64,000 bases of DNA, taken from positions 28,857 to 92,856 of the forward strand of contig JAPLAD010000071.1 in the NCBI GenBank assembly GCA_026393435.1, given 5' to 3'. Position numbers and translations under genes: made by a program. This document shows positions 46,581 through 56,294 of this stretch, piece after piece. The notes under the pieces were generated by a model. That model searched no databases. It had not been told where the DNA came from and saw nothing but the letters and a program-made list of their open reading frames with translations. Source of the DNA: Actinomycetota bacterium (GTDB taxonomy: Bacteria > Actinomycetota > Acidimicrobiia > Acidimicrobiales > RAAP-2). The first letter of the stretch is position 1. Each line of letters begins with the position of its first letter.

Positions 46581-47777
46581 CTATTCGTCAATAGTGAAGG
46601 GTTCGTGCACCGCACCCAGCGTGATGCCGGCCGAGTGACGATCAGGCAATTCGCCGCGAGCAAGCTGTGCACGGATGGCAGCAGCCTCCCAACGACTCTC
46701 GACTTTGCCGTAGCGCCAGAGAGCCAGGGCCCCGACCCAGATGACAATGAACATCATGACCACGACGAAGCCGGCCTTATTGATGTTGAAGTTGCCGGCG
46801 TAGTCCCAAAGGCCACCCGTGAGCTTCAACTGGTTGGCCAGCACCTGCAGTAGTTCCAGTGTGCCGATGTAGAGAGCCACGGCAACGGAGAGTCCCGTGA
46901 TGGTGATGTTGTAATAGACCTTGCGCACGGGCTTCGAAAAGGCCCAGCCGTAGGCGAAGTTCATGAAGGATCCGTCAATCGTGTCAAGCAAGCTCATGCC
47001 GGCTGCAAAGAGAATTGGCAGGCTGAGTAGTGCCCAGATTGGAAGTCCGGCCGCTACTGATGTTCCGGCCAGCACCATGAAGGCAATCTCCGTGGCCGTG
47101 TCGAAGCCCAGACCAAAGAGCAGTCCCAAGGGGTACATCTTCCATGGCTCATCGATAGAGCGGGCGATAGGTCCGAAGAAGCGCATCAGTAGTCCGCGAG
47201 AGTTCAGGTGCTTTTCGAGCTCCGAGTCATCAAAACGACCTTGACGCATCTGAACAAAGAGGCGAACGATACCGACCAGAATGATTACGTTCAAAATGGC
47301 GATTAGGTAGAGGAACGACCCTGAGACAATCGTTCCCACCAGGGACCCGTAGTGGTGGAGCGAGGAGTCGTCATCAGTGATCTGAACTCCAAGTGTCTTC
47401 ACGCCAATCCCCAACAGCAGAGTCAAGGCAAAGACAATGCTGGAGTGGCCCAGCGAGAAGTAAAAACCGACCGACATAGGGCGGCGACCTTCGGCCATCA
47501 TCTTTCGAGTGGTGTTGTCAATCGCCGCAATGTGGTCGGCGTCAAAGGCGTGACGCATACCGAGGGTGTAGGCCAGAACACCGGTTCCGATACCGAGTAC
47601 CTCACCCTTACCGACGCCGTAGTGGTGTCCGGCCGCTAGAGCAAGGAGACCCCAACCCAAGATGTGCAAGAAGGCAATGAAGCCGAACATGGCGAATAGG
47701 CGGCGCCACTCATCTCGACTGAATGAGCCTCGCAGTCTCCGACCAAGCGTCGCAGGCTTGGATTCAGTTGTGGTCAC
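46581..47777 (-). CDS. HoxN/HupN/NixA-family nickel/cobalt transporter (NiCoT)
   Basis: Signature HAFDADHIAAIDNTTRK in TM2; polytopic membrane protein. Confidence 0.9.
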   Translation of the reverse strand: MTTTESKPATLGRRLRGSFSRDEWRRLFAMFGFIAFLHILGWGLLALAAGHHYGVGKGEVLGIGTGVLAYTLGMRHAFDADHIAAIDNTTRKMMAEGRRPMSVGFYFSLGHSSIVFALTLLLGIGVKTLGVQITDDDSSLHHYGSLVGTIVSGSFLYLIAILNVIILVGIVRLFVQMRQGRFDDSELEKHLNSRGLLMRFFGPIARSIDEPWKMYPLGLLFGLGFDTATEIAFMVLAGTSVAAGLPIWALLSLPILFAAGMSLLDTIDGSFMNFAYGWAFSKPVRKVYYNITITGLSVAVALYIGTLELLQVLANQLKLTGGLWDYAGNFNINKAGFVVVMMFIVIWVGALALWRYGKVESRWEAAAIRAQLARGELPDRHSAGITLGAVHEPFTIDE

Positions 47778-47814
47778 AGTCGCAAACTAATGGTGAAACA
47801 ATTTCTAGGAGTAC

Positions 47815-48753
47815 TTACTCAGCCGAACGAGTAAGTCCCGCACGCTCACCACGCGACAGGAACTTCAGAGCAATCTTTCGACTCGCTTCGTCGATCATCT
47901 CGTTACCGAACATGACCGCACCCGTGTGATCCTGCTCGGTGGCCTTATTGTAGGCCTCCAAGATGTCATAAGCGCGGTCGAACTGCTCTTGCGTGGGGCT
48001 GTAGACCTCGTTGAGGACAGCAGCTTGGTCGGGCGTCAGGGCCCACTTACCGTCGTACCCGAGCATGCGGGTACGCATGGCGTAGTCGCGGAGCAAGTCG
48101 TTATCACGTACGTAGAGAAACGGTCCGTCGATGACCTGAAGGCCATTAGCACGGCCGGCCATCAAAATACGAGAAAAGACGTAGTTGAAGTGGTCGCCGG
48201 GGTACTCGGGGATGGCCACGCCACCGGTCAGTACTGGCATTTCGATGGAGGCCGCAAAGTCGGCGGGACCAAAGATGATGGTCTCCAGGCGAGGTGAGGC
48301 GGCACAGATTTCATCGACGTTGATCAAGCCACGAGCCGTTTCAATCTGAGCCTCGATACCGATGTGACCGACGGGAAGACCGGCGTTCTTTTCCACCTGC
48401 GTCAAGAGCAAGTCCATGGCGATGACTTCGGCCGCTGACTGGACCTTGGGCAACATGATCTCGTCGAGACGAGGACCGGCGTTACCCACAACTTCGAGAA
48501 TGTCGCCTACGGTCCACGCGGTGTCCCATGCGTTCACTCGCACACACAGAACGCGGTCGTCCCATGGCAAGTTTTTGATGGCGTTCACGACCTTGGCGCG
48601 GGCGGCCACCTTTTCGTTAGGGGCGACTGAGTCTTCGAGGTCGAGGAAGGTCATGTCGGCCGAGACCGTGGGGGCCTTGGCGAGGAATCGATCTGAAGAC
48701 CCGGGGGTCGAAAGACATGAACGGCGGGGCAGGTTACGTGAGCGTGCAGACAT
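47815..48753 (-). CDS. HpcH/HpaI-CitE family acyl-CoA lyase (citrate lyase beta / malyl-CoA lyase-like)
   Basis: RRSCLSTPGS and LDLEDSV motifs. Start moved to ATG 48753. Confidence 0.8.
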   Translation of the reverse strand: MSARSRNLPRRSCLSTPGSSDRFLAKAPTVSADMTFLDLEDSVAPNEKVAARAKVVNAIKNLPWDDRVLCVRVNAWDTAWTVGDILEVVGNAGPRLDEIMLPKVQSAAEVIAMDLLLTQVEKNAGLPVGHIGIEAQIETARGLINVDEICAASPRLETIIFGPADFAASIEMPVLTGGVAIPEYPGDHFNYVFSRILMAGRANGLQVIDGPFLYVRDNDLLRDYAMRTRMLGYDGKWALTPDQAAVLNEVYSPTQEQFDRAYDILEAYNKATEQDHTGAVMFGNEMIDEASRKIALKFLSRGERAGLTRSAE

Positions 48754-48891
48754 GTCCGCCAGCCTATTAGCGAGAAACAGCCACTTCGACCTCTCTGCCC
48801 CTTTGCTCACTCGTGAAATTGGAATTTAGGGCCCAAATAACAGGTATCGAAGCGGCTGTCTTTTGGCGCCCCGTCCTAGTAGCGTTGTTTT

Positions 48892-49998
48892 GTGACCAAC
48901 GTCGGGCGCGTGAAGCGCCTTTCGACGCAGTGGCCAAACCGAAAGCTCAGTCGTAGCGGACTGTTTCTTTGCAGCCTGGCCTTAGTCGCAGTGTGTTCGA
49001 GCGCTGTGATGATTTCGCCACGCCCTGCTGGCGCTACAAATCTGAAAACGGAGCGGGCTAAAGCCAATGCCCTGTACATCCAAGTAAAGAAGCTGAACTC
49101 CCAGGTGGACACTCTCGGTCAAAAATACAATTTGACTCAGATCAAGCTTCAGCAGCTCAATCACCTGATCACCAACAGCCGCCAAGCGGTCATAGATGCC
49201 CAACGGCAAGTAACGGTGAACCGGGCGGGGCTGCGGCAAGCGGCGATTAACGCCTACATCAATGCCGGGGCTCAGATGATGTCCAACCCCCTCTTCAGTA
49301 CCGATGCGGCCAGCAACGGAGCTCGAACCGTCTACAACAACATCGCCGAAGGCGACCTCTCCACTTCTGTCTCCTCACTACAGCTCTCAACCGTTCGGCT
49401 GACTTCGCAACGCCAAATACTCCGCGACCAGCAAGCAGCGGCACAGCACGCCCGTGATGAAGCGGCCAATATCTACAAGCAGGCGTTAGGTGCTCAGCAA
49501 CAGGCTCAACGCCTCCTCAACGGTGCCCGCGGCAGGATTGCCTACTACCTCCGCCAGGCCCAACTCAAAGCTGAAGCGGCCGCTCGAGCCGCATGGGCCA
49601 AGAAGCACCCCGGCAATCACCATGGGTATCCACCACAGCCAAACACCCGAGCCGGACGGGCCGTGTCGTTCGCCTACAGCATGATCGGTGTTCCTTATGT
49701 GTGGGCGGGAACCTCACGCCGAGGTGTCGACTGTTCCGGGCTGACCATGCTCGCCTGGCAGGCTGCTGGCGTGAGCCTTCCCCACTACTCGGGATCGCAG
49801 ATGTCTTCAACTATTCGCATCCCGCTCTATGCCCTGAAGCCAGGTGACCTCTTGTTCTACGGACGAGGCGGCGGTTCGCACGTAACGATGTACATTGGCA
49901 ATCGCCGCATGATTGAAGCGGCCTCGGCTGGGACGCGAGTGCACATTTCCCCAATTCGTTACAGCGGCCTGGCGGGCGCCGGTCGCCCTCGCGGCTAG
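48892..49998 (+). CDS. NlpC/P60 peptidoglycan endopeptidase with coiled-coil N-terminal region (RipA-like)
   Basis: Signal sequence, long Q/A-rich helical region and a C-terminal DCSGLTMLAW...HVTMYIG catalytic Cys/His pair. Confidence 0.85.
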   Translation: MTNVGRVKRLSTQWPNRKLSRSGLFLCSLALVAVCSSAVMISPRPAGATNLKTERAKANALYIQVKKLNSQVDTLGQKYNLTQIKLQQLNHLITNSRQAVIDAQRQVTVNRAGLRQAAINAYINAGAQMMSNPLFSTDAASNGARTVYNNIAEGDLSTSVSSLQLSTVRLTSQRQILRDQQAAAQHARDEAANIYKQALGAQQQAQRLLNGARGRIAYYLRQAQLKAEAAARAAWAKKHPGNHHGYPPQPNTRAGRAVSFAYSMIGVPYVWAGTSRRGVDCSGLTMLAWQAAGVSLPHYSGSQMSSTIRIPLYALKPGDLLFYGRGGGSHVTMYIGNRRMIEAASAGTRVHISPIRYSGLAGAGRPRG

Positions 49999-50000
49999 AT

Positions 50001-50765
50001 GTGATCAATGCAGTTCCAACCGCAATAGCCGTAGGGCCCTTTACTTTTTACCTCTACGGCCTAGGTCTGGCCACAGCGACCTGGATCACATACCGGGCCA
50101 TCCAGCGCCGACTTTCCTCGCGGGCACTCCCAACTGAACAGTGGGCCTACTTTGCGGCCGCCACTATCGGCAGTGGCCTGCTCGGAGCGCGAGCCGCGCA
50201 CGTGGCGACAAACTGGTCCTACTACCGCAATCACGTCGCTTCGGTGGCATCCCTCTGGGAAGGTGGACTGGCCAGCTTCGGTGGCCTCGCCCTCGCCACA
50301 CCCGTGGCACTCGTGCTCGCTCGTCGGTGGTGGCCCCAGCGCACGTTGCTCGAATTCGCCGACATCGTGATACCGGCGATTGTGGCGGGCTGGGCCGTCG
50401 GTCGCGCCTTGGGCCCACAGTTCATGTACGCCGGTGGTGGACATGAGACGCACCAGTGGTTTGGCATGACCTACGCCGGTCAAGTCGGACGTCGAGTACC
50501 GGTGCCGCTCATTCAGGCGGTGGGAGACGGACTCCTCTGGCTCCTGCTGCTCCGCGTTGAGCGCCGGCAGACCCCACCGGGCACGGTGACCGGTATCGCG
50601 ATGGTCGTCTGGGGCGTAGTGCGCTTCCTTGACGAGTACTACCTGCTCGGCGAGCAGGGGCACAATGGCTCACTTGCCGTGCAGGGAGCGTCGCTAGCCC
50701 TCGCCGTTGGTGGACTTCTCCTGCTTGGTCGGGCCTGGCGACAACGTCGGAACCTGCCACAATGA
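50001..50765 (+). CDS. lgt: prolipoprotein diacylglyceryl transferase-like protein
   Basis: Polytopic, with LWEGGLASFGG and RVPVPLIQA regions resembling Lgt motifs. Somewhat divergent. Confidence 0.6.
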   Translation: MINAVPTAIAVGPFTFYLYGLGLATATWITYRAIQRRLSSRALPTEQWAYFAAATIGSGLLGARAAHVATNWSYYRNHVASVASLWEGGLASFGGLALATPVALVLARRWWPQRTLLEFADIVIPAIVAGWAVGRALGPQFMYAGGGHETHQWFGMTYAGQVGRRVPVPLIQAVGDGLLWLLLLRVERRQTPPGTVTGIAMVVWGVVRFLDEYYLLGEQGHNGSLAVQGASLALAVGGLLLLGRAWRQRRNLPQ

Positions 50766-52351
50766 AGTTGATGAAGCGAGTTCGTGAACCCATTGCCCAG
50801 TGGCTCTCGGATCCCCACGAGCGGCGTTATGCGGCCGTCCTCGGACTCATTGTTGGCATCGGCACGTGGCTGCGAGCGGGCGGCCTTTCGACGGGAACCC
50901 TCTTTCGCGATGACGCCTGGGTCGCACTCACCGCACACTTTCCCCTGGGCACGGCCGCCAAGATGGTCGGAACGGCACCAGGCTTCGTACTCCTCGAGCG
51001 ATCGTGGATCCAACTAGCTGAACCACACCTCTGGCTGATGCAGCTCCCCACATTTTGTGTCTCCGTGCTGGGCATGTTTCTCGTGGCGGCCGTGGTGCGG
51101 TTTCTGGGACTACCTCGAACGGCCTCACTGTTCGCCGTTGCGCTGGTCGCCTTCTCTCGTATCGACATCACCTACGCCACTCACCTCAAGCCTTACACCC
51201 ACGACATCGTGGCCGCCTCGTTACTCTTGGCCGCCGCCCACTGGTTCCGCCGTGGGGGCCACGCCGGGTGGTTCGCGGGCATTGCCACCATCAGTCTGGT
51301 GACGTCCTTCTCAATACTCCCCCTCGTCATTGGACTCAGTGTGTGGATTGGCGTCATCGCACTTCGCACCCAGCGCACTTCGGCGCTACTCGCCCCCGGC
51401 GCGGCCGCGATCGCTGTCGTTTCAGTCGTGGCGTATTTCGTGCGCAACGGCATCTCCCCCAGACTCGATACGTCGTGGCAGGCCTCCTACCTCGATACTC
51501 ATTCGCTGGGGGCATTTCTCTCGTCCTTCTGGTCGATAACGACGAGCCTGCTCTGGGGACTGGGTGATACCGCACCTGGACTGCACGTCCCGTATCTCGG
51601 ACGGCTTATTCAGTTCGCCATGTTGTTACTCATCGTGCTCTCGCTACGTCGATGGCGGCAGTCTTCAATCGCCTGGGCGGGAATCTTTGGGGCCTACGCC
51701 GCCGCACTAGTGCACCTCGCTCCGCTCGGCACCGGGCGCACTGATGCCTACCTCCACCCCGCACTGGCCATCCTCCTCGTCATCGGTGGACTCGAGTTGT
51801 GCGCCATTGCCCGGAGTTACGACCCCCAGCGCGCCATCTTTACCGTCGCCTGCTTTGCGCTCGTGGTGAGCCTCACCGGTGTCGATCGCCTCTTGCACCG
51901 GGAGCCCTACGCCGGCGGGAACTTTCAGGCGGTCCTCCAAGAGGCCACCGACACGTTGCAGCACGGCGGCACCGTGCTGGTCGAAGGCAGTGCCCGATGG
52001 CCGTGGGCCTTCTATGGAGCGCGGCAGCTTTCGCTCCAGTTCTCGGATCAGTACAACACGGGCTTCGCTCCCGTCACCACCGATCCCCACGTGGTCCTGA
52101 TGCCGGGCTCGATCATCGAGGGTGGCTACAACGCCAACGTCACAATTCGACATTTGGCCAAGGCGCCTTACGTCCTCTACATCCAGAGCGACGACTGGCC
52201 CTCAATGGGTTACCCTCTGCACGCGGCCGCGCTGGGGAGCTGCTACAAACCTTCAGCCAAGGGATTTATCCACATTCCCGGGTACTACATCCAACACTGG
52301 ACCCGTTACTGCACGTATCAGCCAGGGTTAGATTTGGACCGACAACCGTAG
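50762..52351 (+). CDS. large polytopic membrane protein, possible GT-C-type glycosyltransferase
   Basis: About 10 or more TM segments followed by a soluble C-terminal domain. The assignment rests on architecture only. Confidence 0.4.
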   Translation: MKLMKRVREPIAQWLSDPHERRYAAVLGLIVGIGTWLRAGGLSTGTLFRDDAWVALTAHFPLGTAAKMVGTAPGFVLLERSWIQLAEPHLWLMQLPTFCVSVLGMFLVAAVVRFLGLPRTASLFAVALVAFSRIDITYATHLKPYTHDIVAASLLLAAAHWFRRGGHAGWFAGIATISLVTSFSILPLVIGLSVWIGVIALRTQRTSALLAPGAAAIAVVSVVAYFVRNGISPRLDTSWQASYLDTHSLGAFLSSFWSITTSLLWGLGDTAPGLHVPYLGRLIQFAMLLLIVLSLRRWRQSSIAWAGIFGAYAAALVHLAPLGTGRTDAYLHPALAILLVIGGLELCAIARSYDPQRAIFTVACFALVVSLTGVDRLLHREPYAGGNFQAVLQEATDTLQHGGTVLVEGSARWPWAFYGARQLSLQFSDQYNTGFAPVTTDPHVVLMPGSIIEGGYNANVTIRHLAKAPYVLYIQSDDWPSMGYPLHAAALGSCYKPSAKGFIHIPGYYIQHWTRYCTYQPGLDLDRQP

Positions 52352-52777
52352 TTCCGGTCGCTCTTCGAGCAGGCGCTCGCAGTGGGGTGCCGCGGGGAAT
52401 GATTCGGCAATGACGTGACCCAAGACGGCTCGCACTTCCAGCGCATCGGCACCATTGGTGAGTCGCTGGTCCACGGCTGACGCCAACTGATCGAAGGTCG
52501 GCTGGGACGCGTGCTCCCCCAAGAGCTCAATAACATGGTTGAGTTCATCGTGGCCGATGATCTCCAAGAGGAGGGAGGCCGTGGCTAACGGAGCAGACTT
52601 CACGAATGTCGCCACGTCTCGGCGCTGCTTCAGACTCCGCAGCGGTACCAAGAGAACGGGTGAACTACCGGGCGTGGGTCGAAGGTCCAGTTGGTCGACG
52701 AGGTTCAGGAGGTCGTTCGCGGGCACTGAGGCCAAAATCTTGCGGGCTACTTCAGTGGCATTCGACTTCGTACTCAT
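52328..52777 (-). CDS. hypothetical protein
   Basis: 149-aa ORF with no recognised motifs. Overlaps the end of the convergent upstream gene. Confidence 0.4.
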   Translation of the reverse strand: MSTKSNATEVARKILASVPANDLLNLVDQLDLRPTPGSSPVLLVPLRSLKQRRDVATFVKSAPLATASLLLEIIGHDELNHVIELLGEHASQPTFDQLASAVDQRLTNGADALEVRAVLGHVIAESFPAAPHCERLLEERPELRLSVQI

Positions 52778-52855
52778 CGCTGTCCTTCGTATCGTGGCCC
52801 TGCCGCGCCTAAAGGAGAATTCTACGCTATCGATGAGGCGTGGGCCGAATCGGAT

Positions 52856-53590
52856 CTAACTGACTGTCGTCGTAGTCACCGCCGGCACCGTCGTTACGGT
52901 TGTAGAGGTGGTGGGATGGACGGGCACACTCGGCATTTGGATGTAGCCCGTGAGATAGGTCCCCGAAGGTTTTCCGGTATTGGTAACCATATTGGGGTAG
53001 GTGTAGACCCCATCGGGGAAATTGCCGTGCGTCGAAATAGTTGATCGCCCTGAACCCCCGACGTAAATGGCGATGTGACTACTCCCGTACACCATCAGAT
53101 CTCCGGGTTGAGGATGAAAGTTCGGCGATGTGAACGTGCCCAGTATGACGGGATGCCAGAGGTGCCGAGCCGGACTCTTCGACCACACGGCCCACGGTGC
53201 AACGCTGCCGTATGAAGGGTGAGGCACCCCACTAGTGCTCCAGACATAGTCCACGAAGTCGGCGCACCACGGCTGGCATGAACCTCGGTGGACACTTTGA
53301 GTGAAGCGATTACATACCGGATATCCCGATGCCCCGCGCCAACCGTAGGCCCGATACTTAGTGTGAAACTGATCGAACGATTGAGCCAGCTTGACGACTT
53401 TCGAACGTGTTTCGCCAGTTGATTCGCTAGCTTGAGCTGAGGGCGTACCGAGTGAAAGACCGAGCGCTACGAGAGCAAGCAGGCTTACGCCGCCCTTCGC
53501 CACTTTGACAGCCGACTCGTGACGGCGCGTTCCTATTTTCTGGGCGCTGAATGAACGTGTGCTCGCCACTAGCCGCTCCATCCCCATCAA
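52856..53590 (-). CDS. secreted CHAP/NlpC-P60-like amidase domain protein
   Basis: Signal peptide, CQPWCADFVDYVW (Cys nucleophile region), HIAIYVG and a Thr-rich tail. Confidence 0.65.
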   Translation of the reverse strand: MMGMERLVASTRSFSAQKIGTRRHESAVKVAKGGVSLLALVALGLSLGTPSAQASESTGETRSKVVKLAQSFDQFHTKYRAYGWRGASGYPVCNRFTQSVHRGSCQPWCADFVDYVWSTSGVPHPSYGSVAPWAVWSKSPARHLWHPVILGTFTSPNFHPQPGDLMVYGSSHIAIYVGGSGRSTISTHGNFPDGVYTYPNMVTNTGKPSGTYLTGYIQMPSVPVHPTTSTTVTTVPAVTTTTVS

Positions 53591-53672
53591 TGAAGCCTAG
53601 GTCAGTATTACGCCGAGCCACAATGGTGTTTTATTGCAGCGAAAGTGACGATTGTCGCCCCCGAAGCGTCTG

Positions 53673-54815
53673 CTACTTGAGCAGGTGCTTCGAAATCACC
53701 ACGCGCTGAACTTGGTTGGTGCCTTCGTAGATCTGGGTGATCTTGGCGTCACGCATAAAGCGCTCAACTGGGAAGTCCTTGGTGAAGCCGTAGCCACCGA
53801 GGAGCTGCACCGCGTCGGTAGTGACACTCATCGCCGTGTCAGACGCGAACGACTTTGCAACGGCACCCATGTAGGTCAACGTACCCTCCGGGTCACCTTC
53901 ATCGATTTGGTTACAGGCGCGATAGACCATGGCCCTTGCGGCCTCGGTGCGAATTGCCATGTCGGCCAACATGAATCGAAGGCCCTGAAGCTCACTGATG
54001 GCCTTGCCGAATGCTTGACGCTGCTTCATGTAGCCAGCGGCGTAGTCAATACCGGCCTGGGCTATACCCACGGCCTGGGCACCGATGGTGGGACGACTGC
54101 GGTCAAGCGTGTGCATCGCGATCTTGAAACCTTCGCCCTCTTCACCGATGCGGTGAGAGATGGGGACACGGACATTGTCAAAGATCACTTCAGCCGTTGG
54201 CGAAGCGCGAAGTCCCATCTTGTCTTCACCATCTCCGAACTTGACGCCCCAGTCCTTCTCCACGAGGAAGCAACTAACCCCACGAGCACCAGTACCGGGC
54301 GCCGTCGTAGCAAAGACCGTGTAGGTGTCGGAAATTCCGGCGTTAGTAATCCAGTACTTCGAACCGTTCAAGATGTACTCGTCACCGTCACGCACGGCGT
54401 TGCAACGCATCGCGGCCACGTCCGAACCGGCGTCGGCCTCTGAGAGGCAGTAACTCGACTGAATCTCTCCACTGGCGACACGCGGCAGGTAGGCCTGCTT
54501 GATCTCTTCGGAGGCAAAGTTCATGACCGGCAGCATGCCGAGCTTGGAAATCAGCATGGTAACTGAGGTCGAGGCACAGCCACGGGCGAGCTCTTCGGCC
54601 ATGATGGCCTGAGTCACCATGTCGGCTCCCGCGCCACCGTAGGCCTCGGGGATTCCGAGAGCTGGCAACTCGATCTCCTTGCACGCTTCGAACGACTTCC
54701 AGGGATACTCCTGGCTCTTGTCGTACTCGGCGGCGTGCGGTGCCACGCGGGCGTCTACGAAGGACCGCATCATGTCGCGAAAAGCGCGCTGTTCAGTCGT
54801 TAAGTCAAAGCTCAT
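53673..54815 (-). CDS. acyl-CoA dehydrogenase (short/branched-chain type)
   Basis: Full-length ACAD homology (EAYGGAGAD..., YEGTNQVQR). Confidence 0.9.
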   Translation of the reverse strand: MSFDLTTEQRAFRDMMRSFVDARVAPHAAEYDKSQEYPWKSFEACKEIELPALGIPEAYGGAGADMVTQAIMAEELARGCASTSVTMLISKLGMLPVMNFASEEIKQAYLPRVASGEIQSSYCLSEADAGSDVAAMRCNAVRDGDEYILNGSKYWITNAGISDTYTVFATTAPGTGARGVSCFLVEKDWGVKFGDGEDKMGLRASPTAEVIFDNVRVPISHRIGEEGEGFKIAMHTLDRSRPTIGAQAVGIAQAGIDYAAGYMKQRQAFGKAISELQGLRFMLADMAIRTEAARAMVYRACNQIDEGDPEGTLTYMGAVAKSFASDTAMSVTTDAVQLLGGYGFTKDFPVERFMRDAKITQIYEGTNQVQRVVISKHLLK

Positions 54816-54835
54816 CGTGATCCTTTCGAGATCCG

Positions 54836-55324
54836 TTAGTGCGAGGCGATGGGTGTTTCGGCGACCGTACCGCGGAGCAGGTCGACATCGACCCCGTCAA
54901 CAAAGTCACGCAGCAGGAAGTAGCTGTGACCCACACCACGGAGTTTGGTAGCGAAGGAAGGCGAGACGACGCCGGTGCCGTTGGTAATGCCAGCCAATTC
55001 AAAGGCGAAGCGAACATCGCTCATTGATGGTCCGCGTCCGTACAGCCCGGCCCGCTTGCTCGCGAGCGCCGCCATGGCGACCTCGAGGTCGTGATGATTC
55101 ACTTCGGCCGTGTCGACAATGTGGTGCTGATGAAGATATTCGTGGGTCAACGTCAAGGCGTAACCAGCATCGGGGGTCGCGGTTCCGCGACCAACACCGG
55201 AACCGTGGTTCGGTCCACCGAGCAGACCGGCCTTCTTGGCGCGACCAATTTCTGGAGTCGCCGTGGTCATCGTGGCACGCACGATGGCACTGTCGGGAAC
55301 GGGAACGAAGTTCGGCTGAGTCAC
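54836..55324 (-). CDS. conserved hypothetical protein
   Basis: 162-aa ORF with coding-like codon usage. No family recognised. Confidence 0.5.
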   Translation of the reverse strand: MTQPNFVPVPDSAIVRATMTTATPEIGRAKKAGLLGGPNHGSGVGRGTATPDAGYALTLTHEYLHQHHIVDTAEVNHHDLEVAMAALASKRAGLYGRGPSMSDVRFAFELAGITNGTGVVSPSFATKLRGVGHSYFLLRDFVDGVDVDLLRGTVAETPIASH

Positions 55325-55367
55325 GCTTTGAGATTAGTGGCGCGAGGCAGCGTCACCGGTGGTCTGC

Positions 55368-56294
55368 CTAACAGACAGTGAGCCAGTGCTCGTACGCCGG
55401 AAGTTCCCCACGGACGATCTTGAAGTAGTTCGACTGGAGCTGCGAGGTGATGGGTCCGGGCTTGCCGTTGCCGACAACACGATCATCCACGGAGCTAATC
55501 GGCACCACTTCGGCGGCCGTTCCGGTCAGGAAGGCCTCGTCGGCCAAGTACAGGTCGGTCCGAACCATGGCCTCGAAACGCACTTCGTAACCGAGGTCGT
55601 TCGCGAGAGTCACGATGGAGGCCTGCGTAATACCGGCCAGTGCACCCGCCTCGGAAGATGGGGGCGTGACGATGACTCCGTCGCGCACAATGAAGAGGTT
55701 CTCGCCGGAGCACTCCGAGAGACGGCCGTCAGGGCCGAGCAGGATGGCCTCGTCGTAGCCGGCCTTCAGGGCCTCGACCTTGGCCAGACCGGAGTTCAGG
55801 TACATGCCTGTGCCCTTAGCGGCCGTCGGCATGGCGTTGGGGTCGTGGCGGTGCCATGAGGAGATTTTCATGCGCACACCGTTGTTGTGTCCGTCGTCGC
55901 CGAGGTAGGCGCCCCAGGGCCAGCAGGCGATCGAGACGTTGACGGGAGCGGGCAGTGGGTTGACGCCCATTTCGCCGTAACCGAGGTAGACGAGGGGACG
56001 AATGTAGGCACCATTGGTCATGCCATTAACGCGAACAACTTCCACGGTGGCGTCGCAGAGCTCGTCGAGCGTGAAAGGAACTTCCAGCATGAGGATCTTG
56101 GCGGAGTTCAACAACCGCTGCATGTGCTCGCGGAGGCGGAAGATGGCTGGACCCTTTGACGTGGGGTAGGCCCGCACGCCTTCGAAGGCACCGTAGCCGT
56201 AGTGGAGTCCGTGGGACAGCACGTGGACCTTGGCGTCGTCCCAGTTGACGAACTGGCCGTCCATCCAGATTTTGGCGGTAGGGGTAATGGGCAT
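55368..56294 (-). CDS. ilvE: branched-chain amino acid aminotransferase (class IV)
   Basis: Class IV aminotransferase sequence (YGYGAFEGVRAY...). Directly abuts leuB. Confidence 0.9.
   Translation of the reverse strand: MPITPTAKIWMDGQFVNWDDAKVHVLSHGLHYGYGAFEGVRAYPTSKGPAIFRLREHMQRLLNSAKILMLEVPFTLDELCDATVEVVRVNGMTNGAYIRPLVYLGYGEMGVNPLPAPVNVSIACWPWGAYLGDDGHNNGVRMKISSWHRHDPNAMPTAAKGTGMYLNSGLAKVEALKAGYDEAILLGPDGRLSECSGENLFIVRDGVIVTPPSSEAGALAGITQASIVTLANDLGYEVRFEAMVRTDLYLADEAFLTGTAAEVVPISSVDDRVVGNGKPGPITSQLQSNYFKIVRGELPAYEHWLTVC

Noticed and set aside
53652-54443. 263-aa ORF on the + strand
   Set aside because: Antisense to a full-length acyl-CoA dehydrogenase. No recognisable family.
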